DNA of 24,000 bases from Acutalibacter sp. 1XD8-36 (GTDB lineage Bacteria; Bacillota; Clostridia; Oscillospirales; Acutalibacteraceae): positions 267,547 through 291,546 of the forward strand of contig NZ_QZDU01000003.1 in the NCBI RefSeq assembly GCF_009917525.1, written 5' to 3'. Below the pieces are notes generated by a model. The model worked only from the letters and a program-made list of their open reading frames with translations, made no database searches and was not told the DNA's origin. Below, piece after piece: positions 17,548 to 24,000 of the stretch; position 1 is the stretch's first letter, and the number at the start of each line of letters is the position of its first letter. The position numbers and the translations under genes were made by a program.

Positions 17548-18702
17548 TTACGCCCCGAAAAGCTCTTGGGCTTTATGCATATGCTGCACAATCTTCACCC
17601 CAAAGGGACACCGGGCCTCGCACTGGCCGCAGCCAATACAGGCCCCGGCCTTGATGGCAAGCGCGTTATAATGCTCCCGAACGGTTTCCGGCACCGTGCC
17701 CTGGGCCTGGCACAGATCTGCAAACTTGTTCACCGTGGCAATATCGATACCAACCGTACAGGGCGCGCAGTGGCCGCAGTACATACATTTATCTGTAAAG
17801 GGATGGGCCGGGCAACTGCTAAGAAGTTTTGCGTAGTCTTTCTCCTCGTCGCTTGCGTCACGGTACGCCACAGCTTGCAAAAGCTGCTCCTTATCATGCG
17901 CCCCCGCCAAAACCGTGGCCACCCCGGGCCGGGTCAGGCAGTAGTGCAGGCACTGGTTGACGGTCATGGCCGCGCCGAAGGGGGATTCCTCCGCCTTGAG
18001 CAGGGCCCCGCCGCCGTAGGGTTTCATCACAGTGATGGCAACGCCCTGGCTCTCGCACAGGCTGTACAGATCCTGGCGCTCCGGGTCGGTGCTGGATAGT
18101 ACGTCCGGAAGCTCATAGGTGGACTTTTCAAAGAGAATATCCACATCTTCATTGGGCGGCACGATATCGTAAGCCGGGTTCACGCTGAACATGATAACGT
18201 CCACCACGCCGAACTTCACCGCCTGGATTCCAATGCGCGGATTATGGGTGCTTATGCCGATATGCTTAATGCGCCTGGCAGCTTTCTGCTCCTTAGCAAA
18301 CTCGATGACCGGCCCGCCAAACACCTCATCAAAATCCCTCTGCTCGTCCACATAGTGAATCATACCCACGTCTATGCAGTCTGTCTTCAGCCGGGCAAGC
18401 AGGTCCTCAAAGGCCGGCTTTACATCTGCCATATCCCGGGTACGCTTGTACTGACCGTCCACCCAGGCCGAGCACAGGTGCGCCTGCATGACGAATTTTT
18501 CCCGGCGGCCCTCCATAGCCCTGCCGAAAGCGTCCCGGACGTAGGGCTCAGGGTTGTAGAGGTCGAAATAGTTGACCCCGGCGTCAATGGCGGCGTTTAT
18601 CAGGTCGATGCCATACTCAACGGTCTGGTTCACAAAAGCTTCGCTACCAAGCCCAATCTCGCTGACCTTGATGCCGGTGCGGCCCAGTGTTCTGTAGTTC
18701 AT
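17548..18702 (-). CDS. Aldo/keto reductase with a C-terminal 4Fe-4S ferredoxin-type domain
   Basis: CAAGGAGGGTACTCTC precedes ATG 18702. The AKR N-terminus is MNYRTLGRTGIKVSEIGLGSEAF. The C-terminal Cys clusters are CMYCGHCAPC and CIGCGQCEARCP. Confidence 0.9.
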   Translation of the reverse strand: MNYRTLGRTGIKVSEIGLGSEAFVNQTVEYGIDLINAAIDAGVNYFDLYNPEPYVRDAFGRAMEGRREKFVMQAHLCSAWVDGQYKRTRDMADVKPAFEDLLARLKTDCIDVGMIHYVDEQRDFDEVFGGPVIEFAKEQKAARRIKHIGISTHNPRIGIQAVKFGVVDVIMFSVNPAYDIVPPNEDVDILFEKSTYELPDVLSSTDPERQDLYSLCESQGVAITVMKPYGGGALLKAEESPFGAAMTVNQCLHYCLTRPGVATVLAGAHDKEQLLQAVAYRDASDEEKDYAKLLSSCPAHPFTDKCMYCGHCAPCTVGIDIATVNKFADLCQAQGTVPETVREHYNALAIKAGACIGCGQCEARCPFGVKIVQHMHKAQELFGA

Positions 18703-18870
18703 GAGAGTACCCTCCTTGTGTGGTATTGGGCAGATTATACAACTTTATGGGCAGAAACACAAGGGCAAAAGCTAAGATGTGGTGTGGCATTTTCTCATGC
18801 GTTCGTTGGAGCGTGTTACAATTCGCCACACATAGCGTTAAAATAAGCCGCTGATTTCGCTCAGAAAATC

Positions 18871-18879
18871 TGCTATAAT
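18871..18879 (+). promoter_or_regulatory. Extended -10 element TGCTATAAT upstream of the MATE/C_GCAxxG-like/SDR operon
   Basis: The exact 9-mer TGCTATAAT lies 33 nt upstream of GTG 18912. The same 9-mer occurs at 13586-13594 and 13687-13695. The -35 region is weak. Confidence 0.35.
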
Positions 18880-18911
18880 GGTGTCATAGACTCAAATCAG
18901 GAGTGATAAAA

Positions 18912-20273
18912 GTGGAAAATCAAAAGCTCGCCACCTGGAGGATACCCAAGCTCTTGTGGTCTCTAGCCTTCCCCGCTATCTGCGCCCAGATAGTGACCCT
19001 GCTCTACAACCTCGTCGACCGCATCTACATCGGCCAAATGCAGGACGGGGCGATAGCAATGGCGGCAATCGGCATCTGCGCGCCCATCGTCACGGTGGTG
19101 ACCGCCTTTACTGGTCTGTTCGGGCGAGGCGGATCGCCCCATGCGGCGATACACATGGGCAGGCAGGATAACAGAACCGCCGAGAAATTCCTGGGCAATA
19201 GCCTTTCTATGCTGCTCATTACTTCTGTACTGATTACTGTGGGTGTGCTTGCCCTCAAGAGCCCTATCCTGCGCATTTTCGGCGCAAGCGACCAGACCCT
19301 GCCCTACGCCGACAGCTACCTCACTATTTACATTGTAGGTACAATATTTGTACAGATTACAGTTGGCATGAACTACTACATCACATCTCAGGGCTTCGCC
19401 AAGACCGCCATGATCACCACCATGCTGGGCGCGGTGCTGAATATGGCACTGGATCCGCTGTTCATCTTTGCTATGCACATGGGCGTGGCCGGGGCGGCGC
19501 TTGCCACGGTCATCAGCCAGATGGCGTCCTTTGTGTGGGTGCTCCTGTTCCTGATGGGGAAAAAGCCCACCCTGCGGGTGCGGCGGGAAAACCTGCGGCC
19601 CGACTGGAAAACCCTCAAGCAGATCATCATACTGGGCTCCGCGCCCTTCTTCATGAGTGCTTCTGAGGGTGTGCTGCACGTGTGCTTCAACCGGCAGGTC
19701 TACACCTTCGGTGGGGATTTGGCCGTGGGGGCCATGACAATTCTGTTCTCTATGTTCCAGTTCGTGCTGCTGCCGGTGGAGGGCGTGGCCCAGGGCTCCC
19801 AGCCCATCATCGGGTACAACTACGGCTCCGGGGCCTATCACCGGGTGCGGGCCATCATTCGGTTGGCGCTGACCGCCAACTCCATCTTCACTGTGATAGT
19901 CACGGCAGTCGTGGTGCTGTTCCCGGAGCTTTTCATTCGCATATTTAACTCCGACCCCTAGCTGGTAGATCTGGGCGGCAGAATGCTGCAAATTTACATC
20001 TTCGGCGTGTTCACCACCGGAGCCAACTCCACCTTCCAGCAGACCTACAACTCCCTGGGGGAGGGAGGGAAGTCCTTCTTCTTCGCCTTCTACCGCAAGG
20101 TGATCTTGCTTATCCCGCTGATCTACATCCTGCCCAATGTGTTGAGATGGGGCGTGTTTGCCGTTGTTTTGGCGGAGCCGATTTCCGACATACTGACTGC
20201 TGTTACCAATGCGGTTTATTTCCGGCGCTTTCTCAAAAAGAAGCTGCCGGTGGAGGAGGGGAGCTATGCGTGA
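18912..20273 (+). pseudogene. MATE-family efflux transporter interrupted by an in-frame TAG (19959-19961)
   Basis: The ORFs 18903-19961 and 19983-20273 are in the same frame. The read-through ..FNSDP*LVDLGGRMLQIYIF.. is colinear with ..FTSDLALLDTAAKMLPVYIA.. in the paralog at 10462-11837. I prefer GTG 18912 as the start because it is about 9 nt from AGGAG, whereas GTG 18903 abuts the RBS. Confidence 0.8.
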
Positions 20274-20667
20274 GAACAGCTGCGAATGTATTGTGGAGAA
20301 ACTACGGGCTGCAGCAAAAGCTAGAGAAGCTGGTCTAAACTGCCCGGAGGCCCTGTTGGAGGCGTATCGGGAGGAGCTGGGCGAGGATTTTGCCGGCACG
20401 GAGGAGCTGGCGGTCGGACTCCCAAAGCTCCTGGGGGAACCTACCCTATGCGACGTGTTCGCCGTAACCTTCGCCATTATCGTACGGCTGACAGGCATTG
20501 AAGATAGCTATATTGAAACCATTGCCCGCCTGCAAAAGGAGTACGGCACCAGCGCCTGCGGTACGGAAAGGGAGGAGACCTCTCTTTGTACCATGCGCAT
20601 GAAAGACTGTGTGCTCATGATACAGTGGGCGCGGGCGAACATAGCAAAAACAATACATCAAAATTAG
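20266..20667 (+). CDS. Small Cys-rich protein, divergent C_GCAxxG_C_C-family-like (putative redox-active)
   Basis: GGAGGAGGGGAGCT precedes ATG 20266, and the start overlaps the MATE stop by 8 nt. The Cys spacing (GLNCPEALL...LCDVFAVTFAII...SACGT...SLCTMRMKDCVLMI) parallels the family layout, but the GCAxxG motif itself is degenerate. The gene call is fairly secure. The family call is weak. Confidence 0.5.
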   Translation: MRENSCECIVEKLRAAAKAREAGLNCPEALLEAYREELGEDFAGTEELAVGLPKLLGEPTLCDVFAVTFAIIVRLTGIEDSYIETIARLQKEYGTSACGTEREETSLCTMRMKDCVLMIQWARANIAKTIHQN

Positions 20668-20677
20668 GAGGAAAACC

Positions 20678-21436
20678 ATGTTCAAAGACAAAGTAACTGT
20701 CGTAACCGGCGGCATACAGGGTATCGGCAAGGCTATCGCGGAGGAGTTCAGGGTCCAGGGCGCGTCAGTGTGCATCATCGACAAGCAGCCCAACGACTAT
20801 TTTACCGGTGACGTGGGCGACGAGCAGACTCTCGCGGCCTTTGCCGAAAAAGTTATCCGTGATTTTGGTCATGTTGACTATCTTATCAACAACGCCCTGC
20901 CCATCATGCGAGGCATTGACGACTGCACCTTTGAGGAGTTCAACTATGCCCTGCGGGTAGGGGTCACCGCGCCTTTCCACCTTACCAAGCTGTTCCTGCC
21001 CCACTTCGCCCCCGGCGCGGCGGTGGTGAATATCTCCTCCTCCCGGGACCGCATGAGCCAACCCCAGACTGAGAGCTACACGGCGGCGAAGGGCGGCATT
21101 TCCGCCCTGACCCACGCGATGGCGGTATCCCTTGCGGGCAGGGTGCGAGTCAATGCCATCTCGCCGGGCTGGATCGATACGAGTTATACGCAATACACCG
21201 GCCCCGATGCCCTTCAGCACCCGGCAGGGCGGGTGGGCACCCCCCTGGATATCGCTAATATGGCGTTGTTCCTCTGTTCGGACAAGGCGGGATTTATCAC
21301 CGGCGAGAATATCTGCATCGACGGCGGCATGACACGGCAGATGATATATCATGGAGACTGTGGGTGGGCGCTCTCGGCTGGGTTTGACGAGCCGCGCGAA
21401 GCGACAAGACCCGCAGTTTTTCCACCAGTGCCTTGA
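20678..21436 (+). CDS. SDR-family (short-chain dehydrogenase/reductase) oxidoreductase
   Basis: TAGGAGGAAAACC precedes the ATG. Motifs seen: TGGIQGIGKAI (TGxxxGIG), NNA, S...YTAAKGG (catalytic Y-x3-K) and GENICIDGGMT. Confidence 0.9.
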   Translation: MFKDKVTVVTGGIQGIGKAIAEEFRVQGASVCIIDKQPNDYFTGDVGDEQTLAAFAEKVIRDFGHVDYLINNALPIMRGIDDCTFEEFNYALRVGVTAPFHLTKLFLPHFAPGAAVVNISSSRDRMSQPQTESYTAAKGGISALTHAMAVSLAGRVRVNAISPGWIDTSYTQYTGPDALQHPAGRVGTPLDIANMALFLCSDKAGFITGENICIDGGMTRQMIYHGDCGWALSAGFDEPREATRPAVFPPVP

Positions 21437-21622
21437 AATAGGAGTTTCTGCATTGAGAAAATATGTTGCGGCACTCGGTTATTTTGCGGAAATAAACTCT
21501 GCCTTGCCGCACAGGTGTAAGAACATTTTTTGCATTCTCTTATGATAGATATGTATGGTGACGCTGGGGGAGTTTTGGGGGATAAGGTAGGCTACTGACT
21601 CATTCGTAAAACGCATGAGTCT

Positions 21623-21654
21623 CTCAAAATCTGCGCCGCTAAACTAAAGAAAAG
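21623..21654 (+). repeat. Direct repeat copy B (CTCAAAATCTGCGCCGCTAAACTAAAGAAAAG)
   Basis: It is the partner of 10386-10417. The identical 13-nt core TGCGCCGCTAAAC is at 21632-21644. It ends 4 nt before the stop codon of the DUF6076-like gene. Confidence 0.6.
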
Positions 21655-21658
21655 CGGT

Positions 21659-22630
21659 TTACGATTGAGTGAGCCACTCCTTGAATTCCTCAAAGGTCAT
21701 TTTCCCGGCAGCACACTCGTCACGCTTACCCTTCGCAGTAGCGCTCCAAGCATAGAACGCGCCGGGGCTAATCCTCCCGGCTTTAATCCAGTTGAACCTC
21801 TTTTTGTACTCCCTCCGGTACTCCCTAAATAACTCATCCGAGTTTTTCTTTTCCGCCCAGCGCTTTACCGCACCGACCTCACGGCAAGTGTGTCCATTCT
21901 CATCCACCGTCAGGTTGCAAAACTCCGCCGTGTTGCGCCGGGGAATCGCAAAATACTTTCCACAGTATGAGCAGATACGCATACGTTGTTGCCGCTTGAC
22001 GCACTCGCGGAGGGAGAACTCAACGAGGTCGGAGAGGGAGGTTGGGTGGAGGACTTCGGCAAAAGTACCGTTGCCGGTTCGCTCATACATGGTGGAGATT
22101 GGCCTGAACTGATAGGCATAGAGCGGTTCTCTTTTTTCCTTGTCGAGGTAGGCTTGCAGCTTTTCATGCACAGGTTTCTTCTTGCCGTCGTCGATGTCCA
22201 GTACATCTTGGAACAAGCGCATGATCTGTTTTTGCAGCGTGTCAAGGTCGCTGGGGATGTGGCGTAGCTGCTTGTGCGGAAGATATTTGTACACGTCCTC
22301 GTCCGGGTGGTGATCCATATATCGGAAACGCGCCTGCCAGTCGAGGCGTAGGAACTCAAAATAGATGTGTTTTTTCGCAAGCTCCCCCAGAGCGCTCATC
22401 ACAGTATCCTGCGAATCGAAGTCACGTTCCCGATAAAAATTCAGCAGCGCCTTGTCCATTTTCTTAAACAGATCCTCCATAGGCCAGATGTCCAAATAGG
22501 TAAACCGCAAAAGGCTTTCCAGAAATGGGAAGTCTTTTTCTTTTTTGTGCGAGCGCTCGAACGTCAAATCTTTGTAAACGAAATATTCCCGCCCCTCTTC
22601 AAAGTAGGTGTAGAATAGGTATTCAGTCAT
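21659..22630 (-). CDS. Uncharacterized mobile-element protein with a C-terminal 4-Cys zinc ribbon (DUF6076-like)
   Basis: AAGGAGCGTAATCAGA precedes ATG 22630. The ORF-track start at 22696 lies in promoter sequence. The product is 323 aa. The C-terminal part RICSYCGKYFAIPRRNTAEFCN...GHTC is followed by a basic helical tail. It is transcribed divergently from the excisionase-like gene. The DUF6076 label comes from memory only. Confidence 0.65.
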   Translation of the reverse strand: MTEYLFYTYFEEGREYFVYKDLTFERSHKKEKDFPFLESLLRFTYLDIWPMEDLFKKMDKALLNFYRERDFDSQDTVMSALGELAKKHIYFEFLRLDWQARFRYMDHHPDEDVYKYLPHKQLRHIPSDLDTLQKQIMRLFQDVLDIDDGKKKPVHEKLQAYLDKEKREPLYAYQFRPISTMYERTGNGTFAEVLHPTSLSDLVEFSLRECVKRQQRMRICSYCGKYFAIPRRNTAEFCNLTVDENGHTCREVGAVKRWAEKKNSDELFREYRREYKKRFNWIKAGRISPGAFYAWSATAKGKRDECAAGKMTFEEFKEWLTQS

Positions 22631-22677
22631 TCTGATTACGCTCCTTTTGAAAGCCAAAAATATTTTTGAAATTGTCC

Positions 22678-22706
22678 TTGACAAATGAATTGCCATGTGT
22701 TACTAT
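22678..22706 (+). promoter_or_regulatory. Candidate promoter of the excisionase-like/HTH operon
   Basis: TTGACA (22678-22683), a 17-nt spacer, then TGT-TACTAT (extended -10 type, 22698-22706). A weaker opposing candidate on the minus strand is TTGACT (complement of 22765-22770), 17 nt, TAGACT (complement of 22742-22747). Confidence 0.45.
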
Positions 22707-22792
22707 AAGATGGCCGGAAAATCAAACTGTCTTTAAAAATTAGTCTACAACAAGCAAACAGAAAAGTCAAGACATTTTTTAGGAGGTGCGGA

Positions 22793-23008
22793 GTGGTTCA
22801 ATCAAAGTTCAAAAGCTATGACGAACTGCCACTGTTTCTCAATGCGAAAACAGTGGCAGAAGTCTTAGGGATTTCCATGGCTGGGGCCTACGAGTTATTG
22901 CATCAGGATGGTTTTCCTGTGCTGCGAATCGGTTCGCGCTTGGTAGTTCCCAAAGAAAAATTCCTCACTTGGGTCGAGGAACAGGCAGGAGGTATTGGAC
23001 ATGAGTAA
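22793..23008 (+). CDS. Excisionase-family helix-turn-helix DNA-binding protein (Xis/MerR-like)
   Basis: AGGAGG lies 6 nt before GTG 22793. LNAKTVAEVLGISMAGAYELLHQDGFPVLRIGSRLVVPKEKFLTWVEEQ fits the excisionase-family HTH pattern. Length is 71 aa. Confidence 0.75.
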   Translation: MVQSKFKSYDELPLFLNAKTVAEVLGISMAGAYELLHQDGFPVLRIGSRLVVPKEKFLTWVEEQAGGIGHE

Positions 23009-23363
23009 TTTTTTGAAAGCATCATGCAGCGGAGCAAAGAACTTCTTCCCTCTGCCAAATGCAATTTTTAGTTTGGGATTGTCAGCAGGCGAGCTGGCTG
23101 TCTATGCCTACCTCATGTACTGCGAGGGCAGGAAGTCGCATCAATGCTGGCCTAGCTACAAAACTATCGGTCGAGCTGTGGGTATGAGCGAGAACACAGT
23201 GAGGAAATATGTGCGGGAGTTGGAGTACAAAACACTTATCCTGACGGAGTCTACAAAGTATGAGAGCGCCAGCGGCCAAGTTCGGAATGGTAACTTGATT
23301 TTCACAATTCTTCCCATTTATGGAGCGGTCAAGTACCACAACGAGTGCCAGACAGCGAGGTAG
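23001..23363 (+). CDS. Helix-turn-helix domain protein typical of Firmicutes integrative elements (replication/regulatory HTH)
   Basis: ATG 23001 is about 9 nt from AGGAGG and overlaps the upstream stop (ATGAGTAA). FPLPNAIFSLGLSAGELAVYAYLMYCEGRKSHQCWPSYKTIGRAVGMSENTVRKYVRELEYKTLI is a wHTH motif seen in ICE/IME 'helix-turn-helix domain-containing' proteins. Confidence 0.7.
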   Translation: MSNFLKASCSGAKNFFPLPNAIFSLGLSAGELAVYAYLMYCEGRKSHQCWPSYKTIGRAVGMSENTVRKYVRELEYKTLILTESTKYESASGQVRNGNLIFTILPIYGAVKYHNECQTAR

Positions 23364-23682
23364 GCGCTTATGGCCCTTGTGAGAGCCGTGTCAGGCGATT
23401 TGGGCTGGAGTCGAGGAAGTAGTGGCAAACGGCCCAGAACGCCGTTTTGAGGCATTTGTGGTGATTTGTGAAGGCAGCAGCCACCATATCAAAGCAAAGA
23501 GAAATATGCAAGATTATGGAAGAATATCCAGCCTCAAAGGGCTTAGAAAACGGTCAAAAAGACAAGCAGGTTAAAGCGCGGGGTCTACTGCGCGGTTCAC
23601 ATCGTCCGGCAGAGCCGGTCGGTAGGGAAAAATCAAAGATTATCGGCCTCTGAAATCAGGGGTCGGTCAGAAAGGAGAGCTT

Positions 23683-24000
23683 TTGAGCGAGAAAAAGCAA
23701 AAATATGCGTACTGGATGCGGCCGTCAATGGTCACGGAGATTGAGGAAATGCTGCCAGCGGCAAATGCCACCTCGAAAGGCGACTTCGTTTGCAAGGCGG
23801 TTGAGTTCTACATCGGGTATCTACGGCAGCAGAAAAACATCAATTACTTGGCTCCCATGCTGGCAGGAGCAATCAAGAGCGAGGTGCGTTCCCTCGGCAA
23901 AGATGTGTGCGAGATGCTGTTCAAGCTGGCAGTGGAGATGGGGATTATCAGTAACATCACTGCGGCGGTCAATGATATTCCCGATGATTCTCTGGAGAAT
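23683..24000 (+). CDS. Hypothetical protein, 5' part (possible ribbon-helix-helix type); continues beyond the window
   Basis: AAAGGAGAG lies about 4 nt before TTG 23683 (tight spacing); the alternative start is ATG 23713, which has no evident RBS. The frame stays open for 106 codons to the window edge: SEKKQKYAYWMRPSMVTEIEEMLPAANATSKGDFVCKAVEFYIGYLRQQ... It is absent from the ORF track, probably because it has no stop inside the window. Confidence 0.5.
   Translation, partial: MSEKKQKYAYWMRPSMVTEIEEMLPAANATSKGDFVCKAVEFYIGYLRQQKNINYLAPMLAGAIKSEVRSLGKDVCEMLFKLAVEMGIISNITAAVNDIPDDSLEN

Noticed and set aside
19959-19961. The in-frame TAG read as programmed recoding (pyrrolysine or stop-codon reassignment).
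   Set aside because: TAG is used as an ordinary stop by several well-supported genes in this window (ends at 1323, 5337 and 7422; 16187 on the minus strand). No pyl genes or a PYLIS-like context are visible, and MATE transporters are not known Pyl proteins.
23468-23653. A 61-aa ORF in the gap between the HTH gene and the RHH-like ORF.
   Set aside because: It has a GTG start without an RBS and a Lys/Arg/Gly-rich composition with no motif. The gap more likely holds non-coding functions; a 7-bp-stem hairpin AAACGGC-N7-GCCGTTT lies at 23427-23447. Nothing here is supported well enough to annotate.

Overview
The window reads as a high-GC Firmicutes/Clostridia-type chromosome segment (AGGAGG-type RBSs, a lipobox SBP, an LplABC-type transporter). 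This taxonomic guess is inference only.

It has three parts:

(1) 1-10060, ordinary chromosome. It holds a carbohydrate-uptake locus: two ABC permeases, a 579-aa lipoprotein solute-binding protein, a membrane-anchored AraC one-component regulator, and a cytoplasmic glutaminase-A-like/DUF4965 putative glycoside hydrolase. After that come an orphan BlaI/CopY-family repressor, a Gfo/Idh/MocA oxidoreductase and an APH(6)-like kinase.

(2) 10117-10215 (minus strand). Only the 3' 46 nt of an initiator-type tRNA-Met(CAU) is present, followed by its own hairpin plus T8 terminator. I read this as the distal att junction of an element integrated into a tRNA gene, so everything to the right would be island.

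(3) 10216 to beyond 24000, the putative island.
- About 11 kb is efflux/detox-type cargo: three MATE transporters, an MFS transporter, DUF362, an AlkZ-related protein, a Maa-type acetyltransferase, an Fe-S aldo/keto reductase, a C_GCAxxG_C_C-like protein and an SDR.
- Two of the three MATE genes are broken, one by a homopolymer frameshift and one by an in-frame TAG.
- No regulator or recombinase gene is visible in the cargo.
- The cargo is bracketed by an imperfect 32-bp direct repeat with an identical 13-bp core.
- To the right lies a visibly more AT-rich mobile-element module that runs off the window: a DUF6076-like zinc-ribbon protein, an excisionase-family HTH, a second HTH protein and an RHH-like ORF.

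I saw no CRISPR array, rRNA gene or intact tRNA. All family assignments come from motif recognition by eye. No database search was run.
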